A stretch of DNA of 64,000 bases from an uncultured Bacteroidaceae bacterium (GCA_964637515.1 CAZWUI010000003.1:46087-110086); one strand, 5' to 3'; shown: positions 45,964 to 56,338, counted from the first letter of the stretch. The notes: a model not told the origin generated them from the sequence alone. Made by a program: numbers and translations.

Positions 45964-46503
45964 ATGGAACTCAAAAAAGTTTTACTTGACGAAACCGCAC
46001 TCGGTCGCGCACTACTGCGCATATCCCACGAAATCGTCGAAAAAAATAACGGCGTAGACGACGTGGTGCTTGTGGGAATACACACCCGAGGTGTGCCCAT
46101 GGCGAAACGTATCAGGGATAATATCGAAAATATCGAAGGCAAAAGCGTGAATATGGGGGTTATGGACATCACCCTTTACCGTGACGATTTGTCCGAGATA
46201 GGGGAGGCGGCGGACGTCAAAAGCACGGATATTCCTTTCGATATAAAGAACAAAAACGTCATTCTTTGCGACGACGTTTTGTATACGGGCAGGACGGCAA
46301 GGGCGGCTATTGACGCACTCCTTCATTTCGGGCGACCTAAGACCATACAACTTGCGGTGCTTATCGACCGCGGACACAGAGAAATCCCCATACGTGCCGA
46401 CTATGTCGGCAAAAATATTCCGACTTCCACGCAAGAGATGATCGCGGTGCGCTTTGACGAAACGGACGGCGGCGGGAATAACCGAGTCGAGTTGTATTCG
46501 TAA
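45964..46503 (+). CDS. pyrR: bifunctional pyrimidine regulatory protein / uracil phosphoribosyltransferase
   Basis: PyrR N-terminal pattern ([20 protein letters not shown]) and PRPP-binding loop [13 protein letters not shown]. 179 aa. Confidence 0.9.
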   Translation: MELKKVLLDETALGRALLRISHEIVEKNNGVDDVVLVGIHTRGVPMAKRIRDNIENIEGKSVNMGVMDITLYRDDLSEIGEAADVKSTDIPFDIKNKNVILCDDVLYTGRTARAAIDALLHFGRPKTIQLAVLIDRGHREIPIRADYVGKNIPTSTQEMIAVRFDETDGGGNNRVELYS

Positions 46504-46565
46504 CCGAAAAACATTGCCGTAATTGAAAGAAAATCGTTGACACCGATTTTTCACTATGGTATTAT

Positions 46566-46670
46566 TCTTGTAATAAAAATCTTTAAGGGCTATACGAGAT
46601 ATAGACAAGATTGAAAACTATCAAAACAATTAGTTTGCCTTGTCCGTGTTCCGCGCCGACAAGGTTTTTT
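46566..46670 (+). promoter_or_regulatory. PyrR-type transcription attenuator upstream of the uracil permease
   Basis: Terminator ccttgtc (46638-46644) / gacaagg (46658-46664) plus tttttt. An upstream gacaag (46604-46609) can alternatively pair with cttgtc as an antiterminator. The stem tcttgt (46566-46571) / acaaga (46605-46610) encloses a purine-rich loop tctttaagggct resembling the PyrR binding loop. Confidence 0.55.
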
Positions 46671-46727
46671 AATAGGGTATCAACTTGTAGCAAAAACACA
46701 AGAAAATTAAAAATGGAGAGTAACACT

Positions 46728-48317
46728 ATGAACAAAAACGGTCTTATCTATGACGTTGAAGACAAACCTAAGTTCGGTAAACTCTTGATATTCGCGCTCC
46801 AACAAGTTCTCGCCATTATGGCAGCAACTATCGCGGTTCCTACGATTATCGGTTTGCCCACTCAAATCCCCGCGGCAATTCTCGGCGCAGGTCTTGGCAC
46901 TATCACCTATCTCCTGTTCACGAGATTCAAGAGCCCCGTCATCGTATCGTCGTCATTCGCATTCTTGAGTTCCCTTTCTACCGCACTCATGTTCGGTTAT
47001 TGCGGAATCATCATCGGCGGTATCCTTGCAGGACTTGTGTACGTGATCATCGCAATCGTGATCCACTTCGTCGGCACAAAATGGGTTTCCAAACTCATGC
47101 CCCCCGTCGTCATCGGACCGACCGTCGCACTCATCGGACTTTCTCTTGCAGGCTCTGCAATGGGTGACATCGTCAAGGCAAGCGGTGCAACCGTCAACGC
47201 ATCTTACAACCTTGTCGCACTCCTTTGCGGTCTCGTGACTCTCATCACCATCTGCATTTGCTCCACCCAAAAGAAATTCAAAATGGGTAGACTCATTCCG
47301 TTCATCATCGGTATCGGCGTCGGCTACGTCGTCGCATCCTTCTTCTCCATCTTCGGTTACTGCTTCGACGTGGAATATCTCAAGATAGTCAACTGGACTC
47401 CCTTGGTTCAAAACTTCGTCGTGGACGGTCAATTCACCGGCGTAACCGCATTCCTCAACTATCCTGACTTCGCACTCATCGAAGCAATCAAAGAACTCGT
47501 CAACGGCAACGTCAACGGCGCAGTCTTGGAAGCAACCAAGGGCGCAGGCACCGTCATCAACGGCGCAGGCGTTGCGGAAATCGCACTCGCATTCATTCCC
47601 GTCGCATTCGTCGTCTTTGCGGAACATATCGCAGACCACAAGAACCTCGGCTCTATCATCGGTCGTGACCTCGTCGAAGGCGAACCCGGTCTTGAAAGAA
47701 CCCTTCTCGGTGACGGCGTCGGCTCCATGGTCGGTACCATATTCGGAATCTGCCCCAACACCACTTACGGTGAATCCGTCGGTTGCGTGGCAATCACCAA
47801 GAACGCATCTATCACCACCATTTTCGCAGCGGCAATCATGTGCATAGTCTTGAGTTTCGTCACTCCGATTATGTCCTTGCTCCAAACCATTCCTTCTTGC
47901 ATAATGGGCGGCGTCTGCCTCACCCTTTACGGATTCATCGCAGTCAGCGGTCTCAAGATGTTCAAGGACATCGACCTCGGCGACAACAAGAACCTCTTTA
48001 CCGTCAGTGCAATCCTCATCGCAGGTATCGGCGGACTCGCAATCAAGATCCCTTACGCACTCGAAGGTGACGGCACTGTGTCCAAAACCATCACCATCAC
48101 TTCCATCGCAACCGCACTCATTCTCGGTATCTTGGTCTACACCATCATCACCAAGATCGAAAAGAAACAAGAAGCAAACGGCATCGAAAAGGAAGAGGGT
48201 GAACCCGATAGCCTTATCACCGGCGCAGTCGCTCCCGAAGCAAACTTCGAAGTCGGCACCACTGTCGTCAAAGAAGAAGCAGAAGAAGTCGCAGAAAACA
48301 ACAACGACGCTGAATAA
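46728..48317 (+). CDS. pyrP: uracil/xanthine permease (NCS2 family) with acidic C-terminal tail
   Basis: NCS2 pattern (FGKLLIFALQQVLAIMAATIAVP; TTYGESVG). ATG 46728 lies 7 nt after GGAGAG. Genomic context is pyrR-permease-upp. Confidence 0.85.
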   Translation: MNKNGLIYDVEDKPKFGKLLIFALQQVLAIMAATIAVPTIIGLPTQIPAAILGAGLGTITYLLFTRFKSPVIVSSSFAFLSSLSTALMFGYCGIIIGGILAGLVYVIIAIVIHFVGTKWVSKLMPPVVIGPTVALIGLSLAGSAMGDIVKASGATVNASYNLVALLCGLVTLITICICSTQKKFKMGRLIPFIIGIGVGYVVASFFSIFGYCFDVEYLKIVNWTPLVQNFVVDGQFTGVTAFLNYPDFALIEAIKELVNGNVNGAVLEATKGAGTVINGAGVAEIALAFIPVAFVVFAEHIADHKNLGSIIGRDLVEGEPGLERTLLGDGVGSMVGTIFGICPNTTYGESVGCVAITKNASITTIFAAAIMCIVLSFVTPIMSLLQTIPSCIMGGVCLTLYGFIAVSGLKMFKDIDLGDNKNLFTVSAILIAGIGGLAIKIPYALEGDGTVSKTITITSIATALILGILVYTIITKIEKKQEANGIEKEEGEPDSLITGAVAPEANFEVGTTVVKEEAEEVAENNNDAE

Positions 48318-48330
48318 TATCAACAATTTC

Positions 48331-48360
48331 GAAACCGCCCTATTTGTTTAGGGCGGTTTC
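48331..48360 (+). other. perfect 10-bp stem-loop without a T-run between the permease gene and upp
   Basis: gaaaccgccc-tatttgttta-gggcggtttc. No U-tract on either strand, so probably a stabiliser or processing element rather than a terminator. Confidence 0.5.
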
Positions 48361-48380
48361 TACCAAATATGAGGTTAAAA

Positions 48381-49019
48381 ATGAAAGAATACAAAAACGT
48401 AACGATCTTCAATCATCCGCTCATCCAACACAAAGTCGCAATCCTTCGCGATGAAAAAACCAGCATGAAGGAATTTCGCGAACTCGTTGAAGAAATCACC
48501 ACGCTCATGGTTTACGAAGCGTTCAAAGACGTTCCCACCAAAAAAGTCATGGTGCAAACCCCCCTTGAACTCACCGAACAAACTATGGTCGCGGACAACG
48601 CGGTGTCTATCGTCCCCATTCTTCGCGCAGGTCTCGGCATGGTGAACGGCGTTCACACTCTGTTCCCCACCGCACACGTCGGTCATATCGGTCTCTACCG
48701 CGACGAAGAAACCTTGGAACCTCACGAATACTATTGCAAACTCCCTCAAGGCATTGAGAACAGTGTGGCAATCCTTCTCGATCCGATGCTCGCAACGGGC
48801 GGTAGTGCAGTGGCTGCAATCAAATTCTTGAAAGACCGTGGTTGCAAAGAAATTCGTCTTATGAACATCATCGGCGCCCCCGAAGGAATCGAAGCGGTTG
48901 CGGAAGCGCACCCCGACGTGAAGATCTACGTATCCACTCTTGATCGTCAACTCAACGAAAACGGCTACATTCTTCCCGGACTCGGCGATGCAGGCGACAG
49001 ACTATTCGGAACGAAATGA
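48381..49019 (+). CDS. upp: uracil phosphoribosyltransferase
   Basis: Upp pattern (NHPLIQHKVAILRD, LLDPMLATGGS, GYILPGLGDAGDR). ATG 48381 follows GAGGT. Confidence 0.9.
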   Translation: MKEYKNVTIFNHPLIQHKVAILRDEKTSMKEFRELVEEITTLMVYEAFKDVPTKKVMVQTPLELTEQTMVADNAVSIVPILRAGLGMVNGVHTLFPTAHVGHIGLYRDEETLEPHEYYCKLPQGIENSVAILLDPMLATGGSAVAAIKFLKDRGCKEIRLMNIIGAPEGIEAVAEAHPDVKIYVSTLDRQLNENGYILPGLGDAGDRLFGTK

Positions 49020-49023
49020 TGAA

Positions 49024-49052
49024 AAAAGCACTCCAGACGGAGTGCTTTTTTA
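49024..49052 (+). terminator. intrinsic terminator of upp (copy of the lysC terminator module)
   Basis: aaaagcactcc-agac-ggagtgctttttt. Confidence 0.75.
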
Positions 49053-49064
49053 ATGATATGCGTT

Positions 49065-49133
49065 CCTTGCGGAATGCATGATATATTGTTGGCGCAATAT
49101 GATATACTTGCTTCGCAAGCATGATATATGCAG
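49065..49133 (+). repeat. three tandem degenerate ~22-nt units
   Basis: ccttgcggaatgcatgatatattg / ttggcgcaatatgatatacttg / cttcgcaagcatgatatatgcag. The last is 17/18 identical to 10843-10860. Confidence 0.8.
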
Positions 49134-49179
49134 ACGACAGTCGCTTGTTAGCGACACCGTCTGCATATTTTGGTTTTTT
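49129..49179 (+). terminator. second terminator-like hairpin in the upp-lplA spacer
   Basis: tgcagacg..gtcgc-ttgtta-gcgac..cgtctgca followed by tattttggtttttt. Confidence 0.55.
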
Positions 49180-49343
49180 AGTTTGAATTATTTTGTCATT
49201 CTTGCTACTTAACTTAACGTCATTTCTTCGCTTTGCTTGGAATGACTGATAATAATATACGCACTTTCTATACGAGTTTGTTTGTCTACGAGAGTCGTTT
49301 TGTAATTGGTGCAGTTTTTTCGGTTAATTATTTGCATTTGCTC

Positions 49344-49372
49344 TTGATAATTGGTGCGCAGTTTGGTATACT
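49344..49372 (+). promoter_or_regulatory. promoter positioned for a leaderless lplA mRNA
   Basis: ttgata, 17-nt spacer, tatact, then 7 nt (gttatct) before ATG 49380. No SD. Confidence 0.5.
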
Positions 49373-49379
49373 GTTATCT

Positions 49380-50327
49380 ATGATAACAAAACTTACAGTA
49401 GTTAAATCTGAAAGCACAAACGTGTTCGTCAATCAGGGTATCGAACTCGCTCTGTTCGACAAGGTCGAAGAAGGGGAGGCTATACTCTATCTTTGGACGA
49501 ACGATAACACCGTCGTCATCGGTCGAAATCAGGACGCGTATCAGGAAGTCAACGTCGATTTGCTCGAATCGGAGGGCGGTTTGCTTGCTCGTCGTCTGTC
49601 GGGTGGTGGGGCGGTCTATCACGACCTTGGCAATATCAACTTTACCTTTTTCGGCAGGACGGGGGACTTCGATGTGGAGCGCAATCGCAAGATACTTTTG
49701 GCCGCTCTCAAATCCCTTGGACTCAACGCGATTTTGACGGGTAGAAACGATATTGAAATCGACGGTTTCAAGGTCAGCGGAAACGCATACTACCGCAAGG
49801 ACGGACACGAATATCATCACGGCACTATGCTTGTGACTTCGCCGTCCGAGAAAGTGGCTCGCTATCTCACTCCGCCCGAATCGAAATTCGTGGGGAAGAA
49901 GGTCAAGAGCGTGAAAAGTCGGGTATCCTGCCTGACCGCTTTCGACGAGAATATCACGAAAGAGAAGTTTGCGGATGCGATTATCGATGCATTTAAGGCG
50001 GAATACGGCTTGCCCTGCGAAGAAATGCAACCTTTCGCACTTGGCGGAAACGCAATTATGGGCGGGACTATGATTTTCGCATCGGACGATTGGCGTTACG
50101 GCAAGAAAGAAGAATACGACGTGTACGTACCGCTGACGGTAGAGGGAAATAAAATCAACGTTGCGGTTGCGGTCAAAGACGACGTCGTTACTGCCGCGCG
50201 CGCGTATACGGATAGTATGGATAGCGAGATTTCCGAGTTTTTGGAAAGCCAAATCATCGGCAAAAATCTCAAAACCGATAACAACGAATACCTTGAAGAG
50301 ATAAAGAAGGTGTGGTATGAAATATGA
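49380..50327 (+). CDS. lplA: lipoate-protein ligase A
   Basis: RRLSGGGAVYHDLGN motif. The N-terminus aligns with LplJ/LplA family starts. The track start 49233 is a TTG within the repeat region. Confidence 0.85.
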   Translation: MITKLTVVKSESTNVFVNQGIELALFDKVEEGEAILYLWTNDNTVVIGRNQDAYQEVNVDLLESEGGLLARRLSGGGAVYHDLGNINFTFFGRTGDFDVERNRKILLAALKSLGLNAILTGRNDIEIDGFKVSGNAYYRKDGHEYHHGTMLVTSPSEKVARYLTPPESKFVGKKVKSVKSRVSCLTAFDENITKEKFADAIIDAFKAEYGLPCEEMQPFALGGNAIMGGTMIFASDDWRYGKKEEYDVYVPLTVEGNKINVAVAVKDDVVTAARAYTDSMDSEISEFLESQIIGKNLKTDNNEYLEEIKKVWYEI

Positions 50328-51633
50328 TTTAGTAATATTGGGCGGTGGCCCCGCAGGCTATCCCGCGGCACTCAAAGCGGCGGAACTCGGGAAATCCGTC
50401 GCCCTCATAGAGAAGTCCTACGTGGGCGGAACTTGTCTTAATCGCGGTTGCATCCCGACAAAAGCACTTCTGCACTCGTCCGACCTTTACTCATCCCATG
50501 CGGATTGGGCGGAACTCGGGGTAAATGCGGACTCCGTTGCGGTGGACGAAAACGCTATCTATGCTCACAAAAATAAACTTGTGGAAACCTTGCGACAGGG
50601 CATACGCACTATGCTCAAAGCGGGCAAGGTCGCATATATCGAAGGGGAAGGCAAATTCGTGTCGAGCCGTGAAATTGCGGTCGGGGACGAAATCGTCGAA
50701 GGGGACAACGTCCTTATCGCAGTCGGTTCTTCTCCCGCAAGACTCCCGATAAAAGGCATTGAATATGCGCTCAATTCCGACGACGTTTTGTCATCTCCCG
50801 TGAGTGGTGAGAATATCGTCATCATTGGCGGCGGCGTCATCGGAATGGAATTTACGTCCTACTTTGCGGGACTCGGAAAGACGGTCACCGTCGTGGAAGC
50901 AACGGACAGAATTTTGCCTATGTTCGGCAAGGAAATCAGCGTGCAACTCTCTTCCGTATTGAAGAAGAAAGGTGTGAATTTCGTCACGGGTGCGAAGGTC
51001 GTTGAAATCTCTGAAAACTCCGTCAAATACGAGAAAAACGGAGCGGAAGAAGTTATCCCTTGCGACTCCGTTGTGATTGCGATAGGCAGAAAAGCGAATA
51101 TCAAAGATATAGGTCTTGAAAACGCAGGTGTGAATACAGACGGTCGTTTTATCGTAACGGATGAAAAAATGCGCACGTCCGCAGGCGGTGTTTACGCAGT
51201 CGGCGATTGCAACGGCAAAGTGCAACTTGCGCACTTTGCGACCGCATCCGCATACGTGGCACTTGCGGATATGTACGGATACGCATGTGATATAGACTTG
51301 TCCGTCGTGCCGTCCTGCGTGTATACGTCTCCCGAAGTCGCTATGGTCGGCGAAACCGATTTCGACGGCGCAAAGGTGGGCAAATTCCTACTCGGCGGAA
51401 ACGGTAAATCTTTAATTAACGGTTCAAATAGGGGCTTTATCAAACTGATTTGCGATGATAAAGGCGTTGTTCGCGGTGGTGAACTCTTCGGTTACGGCGT
51501 GACAGAACTTGTTGCCGAAATTGCACTCGCTGTGAAAAATCATCTTACCGTAGACGACATTGCCACCACCATCCACGCTCACCCGACTATGTACGAAAGC
51601 ATTTTCGAGGCGGCACAAAAAATCAAGTTTTAA
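50317..51633 (+). CDS. lpdA: dihydrolipoyl dehydrogenase (L-protein/E3)
   Basis: GGGPAGY, redox disulfide GGTCLNRGCIPTK and C-terminal HAHPT. Overlaps lplA by 11 nt. Confidence 0.85.
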   Translation: MKYDLVILGGGPAGYPAALKAAELGKSVALIEKSYVGGTCLNRGCIPTKALLHSSDLYSSHADWAELGVNADSVAVDENAIYAHKNKLVETLRQGIRTMLKAGKVAYIEGEGKFVSSREIAVGDEIVEGDNVLIAVGSSPARLPIKGIEYALNSDDVLSSPVSGENIVIIGGGVIGMEFTSYFAGLGKTVTVVEATDRILPMFGKEISVQLSSVLKKKGVNFVTGAKVVEISENSVKYEKNGAEEVIPCDSVVIAIGRKANIKDIGLENAGVNTDGRFIVTDEKMRTSAGGVYAVGDCNGKVQLAHFATASAYVALADMYGYACDIDLSVVPSCVYTSPEVAMVGETDFDGAKVGKFLLGGNGKSLINGSNRGFIKLICDDKGVVRGGELFGYGVTELVAEIALAVKNHLTVDDIATTIHAHPTMYESIFEAAQKIKF

Positions 51634-51658
51634 GCGGTCTATCCGCAAAGGAGAAAAT

Positions 51659-52735
51659 ATGGGCAAGAAAACACCTCTTTACAACAAGCACGTCGCTCTC
51701 GGCGGTAAAATCGTTGAGTTTGCAGGCTACGATCTCCCCGTGCAATACTCGGGAGTTATTGCGGAGCATAACGCAGTCCGCAATGCAGTCGGTCTATTCG
51801 ACGTTTCGCATATGGGCGAATTGCTCGTCTGCGGTGAAAGAGCGGAAGAAGCAATCAACGCAATTCTCACCAACGATATTCGCGGTATGTACGACGGACA
51901 AGTCCGCTACTCCCTGCTCCCCAACGAAAACGGCGGTGCGGTGGACGATATTCTCGTATACCGTGAAAACGGCGAAAAATTCTGGATTGTCGTCAACGGC
52001 GCAAATGTCGAAAAGGATGCGGATTGGGTGGAAAATCATTTGCCCGACTACGTGAGTTTTGAGAATAAGTCCTACGAAATCGCGCAAATTGCGGTGCAAG
52101 GACCGAAAGCAATCTCTCTCATCTCGAAACTCGTTGCGGAAGAGAATATCCCCGCGAAAAATTACTCTTTCAAAACGAACGTCAATATCGGCGGAATTTG
52201 CACTTATCTTTCTCGCACGGGTTACACCGGCGAGGACGGCTTTGAAGTGTACTGCTTGAACGACGACGCAGAAAAACTCTATGATATTCTTCTCGAAGCA
52301 GGAGAAGAATTTGGCGTTCTTCCTTGCGGACTCGGCGCACGCGATACTCTCCGTCTCGAAGCGTCAATGCCCCTTTACGGACACGAACTCGGCGACGATA
52401 TTCCCGTCAACGAAGTCGCTCTCAATTTCGCAATCAAAATGGGCAAGGAAGATTTCATCGGCAAATCCGCTCTCGAAAACCACGCACCCGAATACGTCAG
52501 ACTCGGTGCGAAGGTCGTTGGAAAGGGCATCGTCCGCGAACACTGCGACGTCTATTCCGGGGATGAAAAAGTCGGTATCTCAACGAGCGGTACGCATTGC
52601 CCGACCTTGGGTTATCCCGTGTGCATGTTGAGAATAAAGAAAGAATACGCAGACAAACCTTTGTGCGCGGACGTCAGAGGCAGACGTATCGAACTCGAAG
52701 TCGTGCCTATGCCTTTCTATAAGAGAGCAAAATAA
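51659..52735 (+). CDS. gcvT: glycine cleavage system T protein (aminomethyltransferase)
   Basis: KTPLYNKH N-terminus, FDVSHMGE and TGYTGEDGFE. ATG 51659 follows AAAGGAG. Confidence 0.9.
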   Translation: MGKKTPLYNKHVALGGKIVEFAGYDLPVQYSGVIAEHNAVRNAVGLFDVSHMGELLVCGERAEEAINAILTNDIRGMYDGQVRYSLLPNENGGAVDDILVYRENGEKFWIVVNGANVEKDADWVENHLPDYVSFENKSYEIAQIAVQGPKAISLISKLVAEENIPAKNYSFKTNVNIGGICTYLSRTGYTGEDGFEVYCLNDDAEKLYDILLEAGEEFGVLPCGLGARDTLRLEASMPLYGHELGDDIPVNEVALNFAIKMGKEDFIGKSALENHAPEYVRLGAKVVGKGIVREHCDVYSGDEKVGISTSGTHCPTLGYPVCMLRIKKEYADKPLCADVRGRRIELEVVPMPFYKRAK

Positions 52736-52866
52736 CGCTTGTGCAGTTGTTGTTATGATATGAAATCCGAAGAAATAACGATTGCAGGACAATGAGTGAG
52801 TATAGCAATATAATAAATTAACCATAAAAAATAAATTCTATGCAAAGCATAGAGCAGGAGATAATT

Positions 52867-53220
52867 ATGACAAAGTATTCAAAAACCCACGAATGGGCAG
52901 ACATCAACGGAAACGACGTAACCGTCGGCATCAGCAAATTCGCATCTGAAGAACTCGGCGATATAGTGTACATTTCCTTGCCCGAAGTCGGTGCAACCGT
53001 CACCGCAGGGGAAAGTATGTGCGAAGTCGAATCCGTCAAAGCGGTCAGCGAAATCAATGCACCCGTGTCCGGCACCGTCGTTGAAGTCAATTCCGCTCTC
53101 GAAGACGCTCCCGAACTCATCAACGAGGATGCAATGAGCGCATGGATTTGCAAAATCGACGCATCCGATATTCCTTCCGACCTCATGAGCGAAGAAGATT
53201 ACGAAGCATACGCAAAATAA
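52867..53220 (+). CDS. gcvH: glycine cleavage system H protein
   Basis: YSKTHEWA N-terminus and lipoyl-lysine motif VESVKAVSE. ATG 52867 follows AGGAG. Confidence 0.9.
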   Translation: MTKYSKTHEWADINGNDVTVGISKFASEELGDIVYISLPEVGATVTAGESMCEVESVKAVSEINAPVSGTVVEVNSALEDAPELINEDAMSAWICKIDASDIPSDLMSEEDYEAYAK

Positions 53221-53230
53221 TAGGTGAATT

Positions 53231-54526
53231 ATGGCAGACTATCTTTCCTTGACCGAGGCGGAAAGACAGGAAATGCTCAAAGCAATCGGCATTGATAGCG
53301 TTGACGGCTTGTTTGAGGATATTCCTAAATCTCTCCGCGCAGGCAAGTTGAATTTGCCCGACGGCAAATCTCAGCAGGAAACCTTCGATTTCATGAAGGC
53401 TCTCGCCAAAAAGAACAGGGTATACGACAGCGTTTTCCTCGGTGCAGGCTCTTACGACCACTATATTCCGTCGGTCGTGAAGTCCATTTGCTCTCGTTCG
53501 GAATTTGTTACCGCATACACCCCCTATCAGGCGGAACTTTCCCAAGGCATTCTGCAAGCGATATTCGAATATCAAACCATGATTTGCAACCTGACCGGTA
53601 TGGATGTCAGCAACGCATCTCACTATTCCGGTGCGACGGCGGCGGCCGAAGGTTGCATTATGTGCGCGGACAAAGTGAAGAGAGTCGTAACGTTCGACAA
53701 TATCAATCCCGATGTTATGGACGTGCTCTCCACCTACCTTTCCGCAAGAGGTATAACCCTTGACGTGCTGGACAGCATTGACGGCAAGGCGATTTTGCCC
53801 GACGATTTGGGAGCGGTCGGCGCAGTCTACGTCGAAAACCCCAACTTCTACGGACTCTTGGAAGACACCACCGCAATAGCGGATGCATGCCACGCAAACG
53901 GCGGTAAATTCGTGTTGGGATCGAACCCTATCGCACTCGGTATTCTCCGCACTCCGCGCGAACAAGGCGCAGACGTAGCGGTCGGCGAAGCGCAACCCCT
54001 TGGACTTCCTATGAGTTTTGGCGGTCCGTATATCGGATATATGGCGACCACTTCAAAGGAAATGCGCAAAATGCCCGGTCGTATCGTCGGTGAAACGGTA
54101 GACCACGACGGAAACCGCGCGTACGTGCTTACACTCCAAGCCCGTGAACAACATATCCGTCGCGAAAAAGCAACGAGCAATATCTGCTCGAACGAAGCGC
54201 TCTGCGCTCTCACCGTATCCGTATATCTTGCGGCAGTCGGTGCGGTAGGACTCAAAGAAGTCGCAACCGCTTGCGCATCCAACGCTCACTATCTTGCATC
54301 TAAACTCGAAGAAAAAGGCGCGCGCCTTGCATTCGGCGGTGAGTTTTTCCATGAGTTTGCAACAATAACCGAAGGCAAAGCATACGAGATTATTTCCGCT
54401 CTCGAAAAGAAAAATATTCTTGGCGGTCTTGCCATTGACGGCGATACTATTCTTTGGTGTTGCACCGAAAAGGCGACCAAGGAAAGCATGGATAAAGTCG
54501 TAGAAATCGTAGGAGGCGTGCTGTGA
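53231..54526 (+). CDS. gcvPA: glycine dehydrogenase (decarboxylating) subunit 1
   Basis: Family pattern ([26 protein letters not shown]). Size and position precede subunit 2. Confidence 0.9.
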   Translation: MADYLSLTEAERQEMLKAIGIDSVDGLFEDIPKSLRAGKLNLPDGKSQQETFDFMKALAKKNRVYDSVFLGAGSYDHYIPSVVKSICSRSEFVTAYTPYQAELSQGILQAIFEYQTMICNLTGMDVSNASHYSGATAAAEGCIMCADKVKRVVTFDNINPDVMDVLSTYLSARGITLDVLDSIDGKAILPDDLGAVGAVYVENPNFYGLLEDTTAIADACHANGGKFVLGSNPIALGILRTPREQGADVAVGEAQPLGLPMSFGGPYIGYMATTSKEMRKMPGRIVGETVDHDGNRAYVLTLQAREQHIRREKATSNICSNEALCALTVSVYLAAVGAVGLKEVATACASNAHYLASKLEEKGARLAFGGEFFHEFATITEGKAYEIISALEKKNILGGLAIDGDTILWCCTEKATKESMDKVVEIVGGVL

Positions 54527-55947
54527 AAACCTTGTTTGAAATTTCCAAAGACGGCAAAAGGGCAGTGACGTTCGCCCCCTTGAGCGTGCCCGAATATTCG
54601 TTCGATAAGAGTCTTGAAAGAGAGTCCGCACCCGTTCTTCCGTCGGTCGCGGAAGTGGATCTCGTCCGCCATTACACCGCACTTTCAAAACGTGCTTTCG
54701 GCGTTGACGACGGATTCTATCCCCTTGGCTCCTGCACGATGAAATACAACCCCAAAATCAACGAAGAAGTCGCGAACCTTGAAGGTTTCACCGCAGTGCA
54801 TCCGCGCCAGAAAGTCGCAGATATTCAGGGTTCACTTGAACTAATCGAAGTTTTAAGTGCCGATTTGTGCGAAATCACGGGTATGGATGCGGTCACGCTC
54901 CAACCTTGCGCAGGCGCACACGGCGAGTATACGGGGCTCCAACTCATCAAGAAATACCACGAGTCGAGAGGGGATAAAAACCGCACGAAAATCATCGTCC
55001 CGGATTCCGCTCACGGCACCAATCCCGCATCCGCCGCAATGGCAGGTTTCGAGATTGTCGCAGTCAAATCCAACGACGAAAAGGGCGTTGACCTTGACGA
55101 ATTGAAGAAGGTCGTCGGTGACGACACCGCCGCTCTCATGCTCACCAATCCGACCACTCTCGGTCTGTTTGAAAAGAATATCGAAGCCATTGACGAAATC
55201 GTCCACAATGCAGGCGGATTGCTCTACTATGACGGAGCAAATCTCAACGCGGTTATGGGAATCGTCCGCCCCGGCGATATGGGCTTCGACGTCGTGCACC
55301 TTAACTTGCACAAAACTTTCTCAACTCCCCACGGCGGTGGCGGTCCCGGTAGCGGTCCCGTCGGTTGCAAGAAAGCACTCGTGCCTTATCTTCCCAATCC
55401 CTGCGTGGTCAAGACCGAAGGCGGTTACGACTTCGATTACAGTGAAGAGAGCATAGGCAAAGTCACCGCATTCTACGGCAACTTCGGCGTGTACGTGAAG
55501 GCACTTGCGTATATAGTGACTCTCGGCGGAAAGGGCTTGAAAGAAGCGTCCGAAACCGCAGTCCTCAACGCAAACTATCTCAAATCCAGAATCGAAAGCG
55601 TGTATCCCACCGAAAAGGGTAGACACTGTATGCACGAATTCGTCGTGTCCCTTGAACAGCTCAAAGAAGAAACCGGAGTTAGCGCAATGGATATTGCAAA
55701 GGCAATGATAGACGGCGGAATCCATCCCCCTACGATGTATTTCCCGCTCATCGTCCACGAAGCGCTTATGTTCGAGCCGACCGAAACCGAAAGCAAAGAC
55801 ACTCTCGACGAAGTCGCGGAACTTCTCCTCGGACTCTATCACAGAGCGTTCGACGATCCCGAATCCTTGCACACCGCACCGCACAACGCAGTCATCTCTC
55901 GACCTGACGAAGTGCGCGCAGCAAGAATGCCGAAACTTCGCGGATAA
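54523..55947 (+). CDS. gcvPB: glycine dehydrogenase (decarboxylating) subunit 2
   Basis: [11 protein letters not shown] and the PLP-lysine region [16 protein letters not shown]. Overlaps gcvPA by 4 nt. Confidence 0.9.
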   Translation: MKTLFEISKDGKRAVTFAPLSVPEYSFDKSLERESAPVLPSVAEVDLVRHYTALSKRAFGVDDGFYPLGSCTMKYNPKINEEVANLEGFTAVHPRQKVADIQGSLELIEVLSADLCEITGMDAVTLQPCAGAHGEYTGLQLIKKYHESRGDKNRTKIIVPDSAHGTNPASAAMAGFEIVAVKSNDEKGVDLDELKKVVGDDTAALMLTNPTTLGLFEKNIEAIDEIVHNAGGLLYYDGANLNAVMGIVRPGDMGFDVVHLNLHKTFSTPHGGGGPGSGPVGCKKALVPYLPNPCVVKTEGGYDFDYSEESIGKVTAFYGNFGVYVKALAYIVTLGGKGLKEASETAVLNANYLKSRIESVYPTEKGRHCMHEFVVSLEQLKEETGVSAMDIAKAMIDGGIHPPTMYFPLIVHEALMFEPTETESKDTLDEVAELLLGLYHRAFDDPESLHTAPHNAVISRPDEVRAARMPKLRG

Positions 55948-55953
55948 AAAACA

Positions 55954-55980
55954 ACGGAGCGTTCCGCTCCGTTTTTTTTT
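55954..55980 (+). terminator. intrinsic terminator of the glycine-cleavage operon
   Basis: acggagcg-ttc-cgctccgt followed by nine T. Confidence 0.8.
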
Positions 55981-56119
55981 ATTTGTTGAATAGGCGATAT
56001 GTTTGTAGTGGAGAAAATATATAATATATTAGCTTATAACATTAAAAAAATCAAAATAACTGTTTACTTTGTAAACGATTTATGATATACTAATCATAGA
56101 AAGCATCGGAGGTAAAATT

Positions 56120-56338
56120 ATGGCAGCAAAAAAAGATTATTTTGGTCTTAGTTACATCGTCAGCCTTATCCTTGCAATAATCCCCTTCACCGCATGGATT
56201 CTTGGCGTCATCACTCGTTTCTCGGAAGGCAAAATCGTTGCAGGTATCATCCGTATCTTCGGCGGTTGGCTCATCTGGGTGCTCGATCTCATTTTCATGA
56301 TCGTCAAACACAGCATTTGCCGCATTCTCAATATCTAA
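56120..56338 (+). CDS. small two-TM membrane protein, hypothetical
   Basis: GGAGGT RBS 7 nt upstream. 72 aa with two hydrophobic helices. Confidence 0.5.
   Translation: MAAKKDYFGLSYIVSLILAIIPFTAWILGVITRFSEGKIVAGIIRIFGGWLIWVLDLIFMIVKHSICRILNI

Noticed and set aside
46537-46565. Consensus-like promoter (ttgaca, 17-nt spacer, tattat) inside the pyrR-permease spacer.
   Set aside because: It is not listed as a feature. A transcript starting here would omit the 5' arm of the proposed PyrR-binding stem, whereas read-through from pyrR (as in Bacillus) explains the attenuator better. It remains possible as a secondary promoter.
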